64,000 nucleotides of DNA from assembly GCA_002633005.1 (NCBI GenBank), contig NMRA01000129.1:496627-560626 (forward strand), in the 5' to 3' direction. Shown here in pieces: positions 27,039-39,876 of this stretch (positions are counted from its first letter, which is position 1; every line of letters starts with the position of its first letter). Source of the stretch: Phoronis australis. Its lineage: Eukaryota > Animalia > Phoronida. The notes beneath the pieces were generated by a model. The model had not been told where the DNA came from and searched no databases. It saw only the letters and a list, made by a program, of their open reading frames with translations. A program made the position numbers and the translations under genes.

Positions 27039-27956
27039 ATGTTTCGACCAGAGCATCTAAATCTCTTTGATGATGAAAGCGACGATTGTTTTGGACTGAG
27101 TCCGCCACACGATGGAAGCGAGTTTCAGCTTTTCCCTGATTTGAACGATGATGTCGTTGATGTCGATAAGCACGCGAACAAGGAGGCGCTCGGAACGAGT
27201 GCCAGTGAGAATGAAAATAAGAAAGTTATTGATAAATTACAGGTTGACTCGAAGAAGGTCATAAAACTGCGCATGAATCCCGTGCAAGAACGCGAGTTAG
27301 TAACCTTCTTGTCTCAGAAAACAAAGGCCGGAGAAACGCCGTGCGTACAGCTTATTCAACATGTTCCAGGACTGACGGGAGCCACACCTGTCGTCAACGA
27401 ACCCAACAAAACTGCTTCTGTAAATTCCAAGCTGTTTTCAAGATGGAACAATGATGGTCCCTGTTTGTCTAAATCAGCACTTTCAGCTCGCGAGAATCGA
27501 TTGAAGAAGAAACGTTATATGGAAGGTTTGGAACAGTCTGTCAAAGATCTATTTGATGAAAATAAACATCTTAAGGAACAAAATGAAACCAAGGATAAGG
27601 CAATTCAAGTGCTAATGAATGAAGTGAAATATTTGAGAGGAATTTTGGCCAATGACAGTGCCCTCTCATCTTTACTGCAGAACATAAGTAAAACTCCAGG
27701 ACTAAAATTCACGTCCGATATCTTGAGTCCAACCCCTCCAAAGTCCAGCATCCTTGCTAAAAAGCGTCCACTGAATGACAAATCACCTTTCTTGTCTAGT
27801 AGTGCACACATGCAGGCAAAGAAGTCAAAAGTATTGGCTAATGATGAATCTTCAGATGACAACGCTGGTATTTGTCTTCATGTTTCTAAGGGAAACGTGT
27901 CTTTTGAGTTGTGTGCATCCTGCAGTAAAAATGCTCAGGAAGATGACAAACCTTGA
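27039..27956 (+). CDS. CREBZF: CREB/ATF bZIP transcription factor, CREBZF/Zhangfei-like, single coding exon
   Basis: 305-aa ORF. Basic region SARENRLKKKRY, leucine zipper ending EVKYLRGILANDSALSSLL, and C-terminal GICLHVSKGNVSFELCASC typical of CREBZF. Confidence 0.88.
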   Translation: MFRPEHLNLFDDESDDCFGLSPPHDGSEFQLFPDLNDDVVDVDKHANKEALGTSASENENKKVIDKLQVDSKKVIKLRMNPVQERELVTFLSQKTKAGETPCVQLIQHVPGLTGATPVVNEPNKTASVNSKLFSRWNNDGPCLSKSALSARENRLKKKRYMEGLEQSVKDLFDENKHLKEQNETKDKAIQVLMNEVKYLRGILANDSALSSLLQNISKTPGLKFTSDILSPTPPKSSILAKKRPLNDKSPFLSSSAHMQAKKSKVLANDESSDDNAGICLHVSKGNVSFELCASCSKNAQEDDKP

Positions 27957-28285
27957 AATGGTTGAAGCTGGTGTTCATAAAAGACTGAAGTCACGTGTGC
28001 TGCGTGCGACTTGAAGTTTCTACCAAGTTCTAAGTGTTGGAAGACAGCAACTGTTCTTCAGCTTGAAATGGTTCATTGTCGATGCTGGTGTTCACATAAG
28101 ACTGGATCTCGTATATTGCCCCTGACTTGAGAAGTCTGCGAAGTATTTCAAGACGGCAACTATACTTCAGTATTGGTCCGGTCCAAAATGTTTTGTTGCA
28201 ATGCTGGTGTTCACACTTGTCTGGGTTGCGTGCATTGTCCCTGAATTGAGAAGTTCGCTAAGTATTCAAGGCAATAACTGTATGT
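27952..28285 (+). repeat. Three diverged ~110-120-bp tandem units starting at the bZIP stop codon
   Basis: Recurring gctggtgttca..ttga(g)aagt..caact..cttcag. Confidence 0.7.
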
Positions 28286-30428
28286 GCTCCTGTGTTGTGA
28301 TAATTATTACAAGACATGTAACTGATACCAATATGTGTTGAATCGAACTATTTTTAGTTGTGATTTTAACTTAAGTGTAATTATAATTGTAACAAAGGTT
28401 TGAAAGTTACGAGGCGCTTTATGACATTTTGGCCGAGGGAGGGCTTTTGGTTGGGACAGTGTGAGCCTTATTCCCTTTCACACCTTTGATTGATTACGGT
28501 ACAGTTTGTATAGCATCGTCACAGTACACGAATTCTAAACAAATGTCATCTGTTTTTCATAGGTGCAGAGTTGGATGACGTGTCAAGGTTGAGACACATT
28601 GGTAACTTGTACGGTGGAGTATAAAAGACCATTTGGTCTGTATCAATTTATATTACTCTTAAAATCAAAATTCTCATTCATGTGTTTAGTTATGTAAAAC
28701 CTGGTAAAAGGCCATGGCCTTACATTCGAGTGTGGCCTTGTACTCAAGGTTGTGGTTGCATTCTCATGCGGCCTGAACAAAGCATTAGTTGGAATTTAAA
28801 ATCCAGACATGCTGTATTGTTTGTTATTTATTCACTATTTTTCATGGAATGGTTTTAACCAGCGAATAGTTCATTTAGCATTGACAGTTATTAACATTTT
28901 AGTTGTGGCTGAAAAACCAGAAAAATTAGGACTTGTGTTGTATCTGTGGAAAAGTATGGCCTTAAATTTGAATTAAAGGCCGTACTGTTAAGTGTTTCCA
29001 AAAATGTATTTCGCTTATTAGGCGGTGACCTTTCATATACCAGGTTTTACAATAAGCCCTTGTGGGAACTATTGCCAGCTAAGTGGATCAGCTGGAACTT
29101 CTGCAGCCACATTTGTTTATTGTGGTGCTGACAAACTTGAAACTTTCATGCAATGATCTTCCTTCATCCAAAAATTCTTTAAAATCCTGCACTCGCAAAC
29201 CTCAGACAATACAACTGCTTGACAAATCACCAGTAATACAGCTGTATTTTGTCAATTGTCTTCGCTTTTCCAAACCCGGCATTTGTCTGTTAATGATGAG
29301 ACAGTGTTAACTGGACCACTTGAACATTGCATGAGAGGTCGAATGTAGAACTTTCTTAACTGTATGCTAATCGGTATTTTTCTTTTTTACAGGAGAAGAG
29401 TGTTGTTTATGAGAAGCGATCTCTATTCATAAACAATCTGTTTCTGCATATGATAAATGGTAAGGTATTGTTTGTACCATTTCATCACAAAATTTTTTTA
29501 TCTGTAAACAAAAATAAGTTGCTGAATAGTGGTGTGTTTTTGCCAATTATTAGCAGAAATGACATGTTCATGCTGAGCTCAGTTTGCTACTGGCAATTTA
29601 TTTTCTGAAGTTTCCTATACTGGGCTTGGAATTTTCCTCTTAAGAGGATTTCCTTTTTTGGTTTTGATTTTCGCTTATACCAGTTTCTTCTTTTTTTGTT
29701 TATTTTTTACGATTTTGACTTTATTCATGCAAAAACATGTATTTCACTTTAATTTTACAACACAAATGTTTCTATCAGACAACCTTTTTGCGGATATGTC
29801 AGCTGGAAAATTTTCCTCTTTTTGTCTTTGGTCATTCCAAGCCCTGCTATAGAAAAAGCTTTTTCAAATGTAATTAGTAGTGGTTTTATTTGGAAGTGCA
29901 AACAATGTTGAAAGATTTTGCCTACAATGTTACACATGTACTATTAAGTGAGCCAGTTTGCTGTATCCAGTTAATAGCTGAGTGCATTGTTACTTTTAAG
30001 CTTGGCTGCAAGCCCGAGTGGTCTGGGGCTGATGCCACGTGGAAGTTGTGCTATGTATCAGAGACAGGAGGTTGGTCTTAGTGGACCAGAATGTTATTGT
30101 AAGTATATTGCCAAGTGGGAGCTGGAAGGTTATACAAGTGATTGGTGAATACTGGAGGTACCAGAACACCTTGTTCAAGTATGGAGTACAAGATTTCCTG
30201 GGTTACAAAATTATGTTAAGCGTATGGTGTAGTGAGTTGTAAAAAATTAATGAATCGTGCTCCTTTATTAAAAGTCTGTTTTTATTCCCTGTAACAAGAT
30301 TGTACAGGTTGAAGCTTCTTTTCTGATGATCGGGGAGGGAAACGGTTTATCTGTTAATGGTCTTCAGAAGAGGGTTTCGCCTCCTATTATGACTTGTAAT
30401 GAGCGTACAAACTGTTTTGTACTTGTAA

Positions 30429-30434
30429 AATAAA
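30429..30434 (+). terminator. Candidate polyadenylation signal for the bZIP gene
   Basis: AATAAA followed by a T/GT-rich tract. Confidence 0.35.
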
Positions 30435-32789
30435 CATGTATTTTGCTTAAACGTCTTTTTTGTTCAGTTGTTAACTCCTTGTCGTGCTACTTTGTCGCAG
30501 CAGTCAGGGTACTACTCAAAGCGAATAGATCTGCTGACAGTAGGTTATAAAAACTTAGTAGCATTTCTTGTCGAATTTCGGCTAAATTTCGAAGCTCAAT
30601 TTTATCTGATTTTCAAATGATGTACTGTAAAGCTCGTGTTAGTCTGGTTCAACCGAAGTGAGATTTCATCCGAGTTTAATATCTGGTGGACCGAGTGAAC
30701 AGCCTATGTTATCCACTGCAATAAATCGCCTCAAAAGATGCCCACTTAAACAGATCATCATGTGCATTGCTGGAAGTGTATGATACAAGTGACTTTGCTT
30801 AACTCGTCACCCTAGGGACCATGAAAAAAGTGACTACTTATTCGAGCGATATACATGTACTTGCATAGCGATTATGGCCAGTTAAATCAATTTCCACATC
30901 TCGATTTGTGACGATAATGTGTAATTTGGCGAGTTAAGATAAAGGATGTTTTCGTCATGATTTATATTTGAAATCTAATTTACGGGTTAAAAGTTTCCTC
31001 TTTTTAGTTTTGAGAGGATTTCCTCTTTTTTAGTTTCAATTACTTCTTATTTGATTTCCTGTTTCCTCTTCATCTCTTTTTATCATTGTTTTGACTTTTT
31101 TTCACGCAAAAACATTTATTTGAGTTAAATTTTACAAAACAATATTTCTATCACACAAGCCTATGTGTGGAACGATACTTCACGTGGTCATTCCAAGCTG
31201 TGCTACTTTCATTATACAATAAGTTGTTTTTGCCATGGGTATCGGTAAATGTTGAATAAAAACAACTACCATAAAATCACGCAGTTGCAGTGTTGTGAAG
31301 GTAGTTATTGCCGAGAAGAGTTGAACCTTTAAAACCTTTTATAGAAGTGAAGTCTGACTTTGATTGACAGCTCTTTGTACCTTTCTTGTTAGGAGCAGCT
31401 CTGCTTTGCATGCACTCTAGCTGTGTTGATCATACTTATGGGAAATACGCATGGCAGAAAAGTCCATTGGTAGCAGCTTATGCATAAGAATTTACAACTA
31501 AATGTCAGGACAGATTTCACATTTGAGCGACAAGTTGATCAAAAACTGCAATTTTTTACATGTAAGTGAATGGTCATGTAATTGGGACCAAGAAAACATT
31601 CGTCTTTGCAGACTGATGATTTGTGTGAAGTCGCTTGGATCAGTGCACACACAGAACATATCCTATTACTATTCTTCCAACATTTATGCATGCACTTACT
31701 TTCATGACTTATCTGATGTAGAAAAAAATCAACCCTATTGGGAATGCCTAGTGTCGTTAATGTGGATCTAGACTACATGTGCTGTTGACTGCTATGCTGT
31801 CTTGGGCTAAAATTTGTCTTGTGTTGGGGCATTTTGGAAGAAGTGGACTTTGGCTAAAGTGAGGAAATTTATGTCGAGTTTTGCAAAAATCCAATTTGAG
31901 CACTAAAACTTAAATGTAGGGCAAAAACAGCTATACCACAGAACTTCGCCCAAGTTGAGCATAAAACAAACTTGTGTGTATCCGACTCGTGTAATATCAG
32001 GGCTGGGGTCTAATCATTGTGCTCTAAATCTATTTTCCATTGCCATTCTACTTTGTGCAAACTCTGGATAAATGTCAGTCTTATTTTGAGCTGAGTGCAT
32101 TGTTGTGAACTTGGATGGTTGTTAAATTGTACTTCGTTCTCGACCCCAACAGTAATGCTATAAGTTGGAGTGTGAACTCAAAATCTTGAGTTTTTACGTA
32201 GAGTTTGTAGGTCGAACCTTGGAGTCACCAAAAGAGAACTTCGACTGCAAGTTCATGTGCCTCAACAATGAGCTCCAACACAGAATAATCAACATTTCAA
32301 TAGAGTTCATTCAAAAGTATGTATGATGGAAAATTGCAAAACTAATTTCGAGAACAAATATAAGACCTGGGCAATGATAGCGGTGTACATTTAGGTGACG
32401 TATGTATTAGCTCGATTGAATTGAGCAACCCAATAAGCTTTATGGGTGATGTATTGTGAGCTCAGTCATGCATTTTGATTCACCGTAATGTACAATAATG
32501 TTTACCGTTTTTAAAAACTATCAAAGTCACCTCCAGATATCAGAGTTTTTAAATTGGAAAATAGTTACATGAAAAGCAAATTTAATTCAATGATTAGAAT
32601 TCACAGTGCTAGTGATAAGACTTGGAGCATTAGCTGTAAAAGTCTCAAACAACAGTCACGATATCAGTTAACCCAGTCTGCAATTTGAGTCTGCTGTGGA
32701 CCTGCCTGCAATCAAACAAACTTTCACTCTGAACATGGTCTCTAACGGTTGATCATTTTAAAGTGACAATCGGCAAGAAAAAGAATTTT

Positions 32790-32886
32790 TGAGGTCACCT
32801 CCAAGATAGATTCGAACCAAACACCTCAGTGGTCACAGTCCATAGCTTTTGTAGCGGAGAGGATCCTTAACCCCATTAGGCAAGCA
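32790..32886 (-). mobile_element. tRNA-derived SINE-like remnant
   Basis: Degenerate A box and a GGTTCGAATC B box. Confidence 0.4.
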
Positions 32887-34383
32887 TTTTAAGCAATCAA
32901 TAAAATCACCAGCAAATGGCAACCAACTGCAGCAATTTGACTTTATGTAATGCAATCACAAAAGCATTATGGTCAAAGCTTTTAACTTCAAGAAATCTCG
33001 TGCAACAGTAAACCAAAATGATAATTTTTGTCCCTAAATCCAATTGTTTCTCTTTAACTCCAGATACTGCTCATCACCCATAATTTGAGGCCAATTTTAC
33101 TGTGGCAGAAGATGGTGTACAAAACTTTCGCAGCGCAACTTTAATTGATGGTCCTTGTTTTAACATGAAATACTGCCACCACTTTCCATTCCCATACATT
33201 TAACAATGCGTGCACTACTTGTCTGGTTTTGTCTTTGGTGTCTGTTACCGAGTAGGAAATATTGTTGGTACACAAACATTTTTCAACAACAAAGAGCTCA
33301 AATTTTGTTCTGTGATGAAAATTTGGCAGCTATATGTTTATTGTGAACTAGAGTGGTTTTCTGTTATCTTGAAAATCCCCAGTGCTGCTCATAATAGCTG
33401 ATGAGGAACTCTAGTCAGTTTAATTAATTTATTATCTGACAGAACTGCACTCTCACTGTGTATGAGTTAATAAATTAAAACTAAATCATTTATAAATAGA
33501 ATTGACTAAAATGCATAGGATAGGCCCATCCTTACTTGAACTCTCCTTTCTCATGGAGGTCGAAAAATACATTGCGTCACTGACCTACTTTTCTAAATGT
33601 AAAACACTCCTGAGTTGATTAACAAGGGAAGCATATCCAGTACTCACAGTTCCCTTTTTGCCAATTTCTTGGTGTGGACACTGCATCTCAAATAATGCAA
33701 TAATACAAGTTTGTCTTGAATTACAATGTTATGATTGGTTACATTATACTGGATTAGAATATATGAGATGGACAAGTACAGTTACATGTGAAGAAGAAGG
33801 CCAAGTGGCTGTCACATGTGTTGCATTATGGGTAAATACTGTGAAATGAGAGTGGAGCTGTGGTATTTCAGGAGAGACTATCTGGCGATGGCTGTAGTCT
33901 AAATGAGGAACAAGCTTTTGCCAGGGTCTCACAGTTGCGGCTTTCAAGTGTAACATTGACCATGGAATACAACAATTGGTGTAAGGCACAGCTGTGCTTC
34001 CAGAAATCGCCAAACATTTTTAGCTTATGTGTTGATTGTTCCATTCCACTACTTGTAAGACTCATCTTGAAATGCATCGGTATATGGTAAGGCAGATAAA
34101 TTCTTGGAACAACAGCTGGGCTGCATTAGGTGGCGTGTATGACCCAGTGGCTGGGCACCAACAGTTGCATGGGCACGATAACATTCCTCGGAGTTTGGGA
34201 AATTCTTGCTATGGAGACTGGGATTGTGCAAGCCAACTCAGCTGGTGTTGGTATTCTTGACATACGAGAAGCACCACTTAAATTCCAGATGGGGCTGTGG
34301 TAGAAAAACTTGATGCCCCAGTAGACACCATCAGTAGCGTGAACACATTCACATGTGATCAGATGTATAAGGGTGACTCCACA

Positions 34384-34492
34384 TCACCTGGCTGACAACA
34401 TTGTAGATGTAAAAATCTGTTGCAGAATCTGAGGTATGTTCTTCGTGTCCATACATACAAAGGCACGTCCAGATGGTAGCTGTTTCGTTAAT
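34384..34492 (-). CDS. VWA8: VWA8 last coding exon (LTKQLPSGRAFVCMDTK...STMLSAR*)
   Basis: Acceptor ttttag at 34493; TGA stop. Confidence 0.92.
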
Positions 34493-34917
34493 CTAAAAAT
34501 AAAAGCCACGGTATAACGATATAACAAAAGTAGGCTTAAAATAATACAACATTCCGAACTCCCCCAAGCTATGCCGAAGTTTGGCTTGATGCGCACAACC
34601 AATTTATCTGATCGAGACATCCTTAAAAGCATCAATGATGCAAATTTTTGCTTCCAAAACATCCAGATCTTGCTTATCTTTGAGCTACGGACAGTTTCAG
34701 CGACACTGCCTTATTTTGATAGTAAAATACCTGTAGTCTTGTTATGGCTGGGAGGGGTGGACCGCAGTTGATATAAAAATGTATGGGTGCTTGAAAAAAA
34801 TTCAAATTCTGGATGGTCCTTGAAAGAATTTCAAAATTATGGGTCATGGGTTGGAGAAATAAAAGAAAAAAATGGGCTGTAAGTAGAAAACGAAAGTGCC
34901 TTCCCCCCTCCCATACA

Positions 34918-35350
34918 TTTTTTTAAAGAATTTATCATCATTTATAAAACAGTACAAAAACAAACAAACAAATAAGCACATCCATTCATTCACGCATGCA
35001 CACCTCAGGAAAGACCATTCTCGTATCTCGTTTAAAGTAAATAACTTCTACGTGTAGTTAACGTGAAAGAAATTTTCGCAGAGAAGCTGTCATATACAAA
35101 GTTTTTGTATGCAATTAATTTTTCAACATTGTAGTACTCCTTAAGTATATGTAATAAACCTGTGAAAATTAGGGATATTTTTGTGACATCTCTCCTTGTA
35201 AATGTACTGTTTGGCTATTAGAAGCAAAATGTTAAAAAGAGTATCATACATTTTTTGCTGGAACAGCCCTTATTAGATTTTTATCTGACTCTAATGCAAG
35301 TCCAATGTCTGAATCGACCTTTTGAGTAAACAACCACCACTTGATTTTTG
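34918..35350 (-). mobile_element. L1/Tx1-type LINE 3' end fragment in the last VWA8 intron
   Basis: FNILLLIAKQYIYK..PNFHRF..YYNVEKLIA followed by an A-rich tail. Confidence 0.62.
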
Positions 35351-36396
35351 ATTTCCCCAATTTAAGTGCCCTGGGCTTTAAAACTGGAAGAGTATGGTAG
35401 TCTTGGTAACTAGGCAAACCAGTGATGAGTGCTCCAAGAAGAGTTAGAACATTTGCAGCAATCGAACTACAATGAGTCATCTGGGGACCTTTACACAAAA
35501 TAATCCTACATAGACACCGTCACTGGTTGAGACTGGGCAACTCAACCGTTTGTGAACCTCCAAAATTTGCAGGCATTGTAGTTAATTACGTTGCCTCAGG
35601 CTACTCATGCTATCATTAAAGATAATTAGTCCCATCATAAACACACTAGGGGCGACAATAGTATTTTTAAATTTTCATTTTGAAAGTTTTTAAGTGACAT
35701 ATTTGAACAGTTCGTGAAAAGTACATGTGATTAAGTTTTTTAATTTTGAAAACCCTACAAGAAATGTTGCTTTAACAACCTAAAACGTTTGTATAATGTC
35801 ACATAATGTTCCGCATTAATTCTGTTGCGTGTGCAATATAATTGGTGTGCAACATAATTGGTGTGCAATATAATTGGGCCAATTACCAAATCACCACACA
35901 AAGTTGGATTTTGAGGTAACCAAGGTGTCGTACAATTCTTGGCATGCCATGAATTGCCTTTCTACATCTTGCACACAGCACAGTTGCCTTGGGACTTTTC
36001 GCATGTATAGTTGTCAGAGAACTTGCATTACAAACCAGATTTGTAACTGGGTTTGACTGAAAAGTTAGGGTTGAGAAACAATCGAGTGACTGGACCCCCA
36101 AATACAATGGTGTTAATGAGGGCCAAGTAATGCAAGTGTAAAGAAACTGGCATTAGTGGTTCTGGTCAGAGCCCGATTCATTATGAAACCTCTGCCTCAC
36201 TGTTTAAGAAAAAAATACACATTTTGTAGATTTTTTTAAAAGCTACACAAAAAATACAATTTCAACGAATTGTCTTGGCAACTGGACAGTCACCTCTTTC
36301 ATGACCTTGACTTTGTTTTGACTCACCGCAGTTTCCTTCCCCCAATAATACAACTGCTGCAACAACAATTATGAGCTCAACACAACTTATAAATAC

Positions 36397-36635
36397 CTAT
36401 GGGCCTCATCTCCAAGTGAGCCAATGAAGATGGCAAACGTGTTGACTTCCTCATCTGAAGTAAGAATGTCTGCGAATCTACGAGGTGATATCCCATAGCG
36501 ATGGAGGTTGGCATCACTGAGCACTATAACGAATCTTTCATCAGCTTCCTCTTTGGTTATGGTTTTGATGGCATCTTGCGTTGCCTCCAAGGTATAGTCT
36601 CCACTCAGACAGAACTGGGAGTGAGCGTGCATGGT
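36397..36635 (-). CDS. VWA8: VWA8 exon (TMHAHSQFCLSGDYTLEA...FIGSLGDEAHR)
   Basis: GT-AG; overlaps ORF 36387..36632. Confidence 0.94.
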
Positions 36636-37820
36636 CTGGTGAAAATTAGCAAATACAAAATTTCATAAAACAATCTCCATGTTGCAATGTCACTTAATAT
36701 TTTTAAAGTTGTAGGACCAATCAAATATACACGACATCAAAAGGGTTATCAAGTTGAAATCCTTCAACTTGTTTGCATAATGAAAGCTTCCCACTAGATA
36801 AAATATAATTTCTTTGTTTCAGGACAAGTTTTTCAGTCATATTTGTCAATGCTCACAATTTTTTCTCAAAATAGTGTCTATTGATGGCAATGGTTCTAAA
36901 CTTGAACATGGTTGAGCATCAATGTGGTGCTAGGAATCTTTCTTGGAAAAATAACACAAATTTCACTTGTCTCCCTTATTGTGTCCTAAAATGATGAAGA
37001 TTATACCACACATAATGTTGAAATATATTTATTCTAAGCGTGGGAGTAATCAAATTGACATCCTCATGTTGATTAAGGTCATTTTCTTCAAACTGAAAGA
37101 CTTAAAAGAACCAATAGCTTGCATATAGGAGTATTCCTGGGCTTTAAATGTGCGTGTTAACACTTTGCTGTAACCCTAATCTTAACAGTTCACATATCTA
37201 GGACTTCACATTAAGGCCATTAATAAGAACCTCTCAGTTACTTATGCCTCCTAGTTTCATATACGGAGGTTGTGACACTGAACGTGAGCCTTACACTCTG
37301 CTAACTGCTTTTACAGGACACGAGTTTTAAAGAGAGCTATTGACAATTTCTGATAAACCAGACGGAACTGAAGTTGCTAGTAAATATCTCTGTGAGGATA
37401 TCTTGGCAATGTATACAACTGCAGCTATAGAACTTGTAAATCAGTGGTGCATTAGTCAGAGTTTCACTTAATTGGGTGCAGTAACTGTTGTTCTTGTTCA
37501 TGCGTTGGGCCTTCAGGTAAGTTAGATTTTGCTTTACGTTGCTCTTCAGTATTTTTCAAGGGCTTCAAACGTTGTGAATGTCCATAATTTTTCAAAATAT
37601 TTTCTAATAGTAGCTAAAGTACAGAGCTTGAACACGAAATGTATTAATTAGGCGCTACATATCTTCTATGGAAAAACTGAGAAAAAAGATTTCACTTGCC
37701 CACAATATTGTGTCCTAAACTGGTGAGATTTAACCATTCTCTAGTAAAATCTCTAGGTACACTAGGATCTGATGAGTTATGCTGTACTTGAGACCAGACA
37801 TGGGGACAAATATGACTCAC

Positions 37821-37919
37821 CTTCAAAATGTCCAGCCTCTGTTTGTTGTCAGCTGGCACTTGAGCTGTGGTGACAAACGGTACATGGTAGTCCTCACCCG
37901 AGTGTCCCACGACATCGTA
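37821..37919 (-). CDS. VWA8: VWA8 exon (YDVVGHSGED...QRLDILK)
   Basis: GT-AG. Confidence 0.92.
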
Positions 37920-39140
37920 CTGTAAAGGAGTAGTGTCAAATATGATGGGGGCAACACATAACAATGCCCTGAACACATGTCTAGAGAGATTCACACTTAT
38001 AAACTATGAGCTGGTGTTGGCTGACAAGTACCACTCACAATGCATCACATTGTGTTTAACATGACACTGAAATCTATGGACGATTTTGTCCCTGAATGCT
38101 GACAATATGTTCAGTTTATCTTAAAGATGGAATGCTATGGAAAATAAAAATGGACAGTTCCAGGTGTTTTCTATTTTCAAACGTAATTATCAAGTATCAG
38201 ATAAGTTCGGTTCAATCTGTGACTATTGTGATATGTCGGGACATATTTTTTTTCTACATTGTGAAATTACAGTTCCAACATTTTACCTGCAGAATTCATG
38301 CTTTGGTTGCCTCCATGAGTGAGAGCGTGGGTGTTGGTGAAAGTTTGTGCCAAAATTCAATTAAATGGGTACACTGAAGCCAAAGTTTCAACTAACCCTA
38401 GACAATAGAATGCCAGTTGGTGTCTTAGCATCACTGAAGAAGGGGATATTTATCACACTGAGTCGTGTTTATTAGAATCTTCCCACACAACAACTTTACT
38501 GAATTATAAAACCTCAATTTTCAACCTAGGAAGAAAATTCAAAGCTGTATGACAACTCAATTTTTGCAAGAAATCTGATTACCAACAGAATAATACTCAA
38601 GCAAGTCTTTTTACAGGCAGCCAAAAGGCACTAAGTTGATGACACAATTGGTGCATCATTAAAGACTGCAGACATGATGAGAAACCCATTTGGGTTATTG
38701 TGATGTAGCCATAATGAATCTTGTTGTTTTACAATGAATTTTCACCGGGCCCATGTCTCGTCAATATTATGTTAAATACTAAGTTATAATCAAAATAAAA
38801 TCAGAGAAACCAATGGTATAATTTTTGGGATGATGGTGAAATGTTTGCAATTTTGAATGAGCACAGTAAAATTAATTCAAATTTAATATGTAAATTATTC
38901 TCTGTAAGTTTTCTCCAGATTTTAACAAAAATACAGAATACACGGAAGCCTATGACCTTTTTGACTGGTTTCTATGACCTATAAGTCTACAGTTTCTGTG
39001 ACCTTGAGTCTACAGTTTCTGTGACCTATAGGTTTACTGTAATTAGTCTGGGACGCAGAAATTGAGCAAGAAAAATGTCCGTTGGAACAGTGCCCAGTTT
39101 CTTGTCGCAGCAAATTCCAGAGAACATCTATGTTGGATAC

Positions 39141-39299
39141 CTTGAATTTGTGCTCGTAGTTTTCAAATGCCTCCATGACCATCAATACAGCCTCCATTTC
39201 TCTCTCCAGTCTTCCATCGTGCCCATTAAACCTGTACATGCTGCCAGATACGTCGACAACAAGCTTCAGTCGCTTGGGTTTCTGTTGCAGACTGCCTAC
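39141..39299 (-). CDS. VWA8: VWA8 exon, start of vWA domain (KLVVDVSGSMYRFNG...)
   Basis: MIDAS DxSxS motif; GT-AG. Confidence 0.94.
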
Positions 39300-39750
39300 C
39301 TATAAGAATGAAATACAAGCACTCCTGTAACACATTGTGAAAGTGTTGAATTGATACCAGTGACAGTGCAGTCATGCCCATAGTAAGACTACTATATTAG
39401 CTAGAAATACAACAACACCAAGCATTGATACACGGCCACTTTATAAAAGAACATTAATCTTCTTGGCTGCTCCAACATTTTAATGTAATGACTCATTAAA
39501 GATGATGACATGCACATAACAAGATTTCATCTTATCGATTTTGGTAGGCACCTATGTACTCCTTCCATGATGTTCAGTAATATTTCCCTTTTGTCAAAGA
39601 TTACAAAACCAAGTGTGACCACTGTCAACATGCTGTGAGTGCATTAAAATGTTTCAAAGGGTAAATTAGATCATTATGTTCAAGAAAATATCAAAACTTC
39701 ATCACTTGTACAGTGCACGCTAGCATCCACCTGTGAGTACAACTTCATAC

Positions 39751-39876
39751 CTCTGGATCCTGTTCCCCTCTCCTCTTATAGATAGCTTTCTCACCAGTCA
39801 GTCCTTCTATCAACTTAGCTTCATCCAAGTCTCCATCAGCCTGGTTCTTTAGCCACTGACGCTCCTTGCTTTTCGC
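39751..39876 (-). CDS. VWA8: VWA8 exon (AKSKERQWLKNQ...IYKRRGEQDPE)
   Basis: GT-AG. Confidence 0.93.

Noticed and set aside
28700-29340. Intronic snoRNA candidates (ATGATGA at 29293; hairpins plus ACA near 28770)
   Set aside because: No matching D box with a terminal stem, and no proper H box.
30322-30350. CTGATGA..GAAAC hammerhead-like spacing (also near 61331)
   Set aside because: No pairing stem II here, and GAAA is missing at 61331.
34384-34395. VWA8 C-terminus SAR as a peroxisomal PTS1
   Set aside because: Does not fit the [SAC][KRH][LM] consensus.
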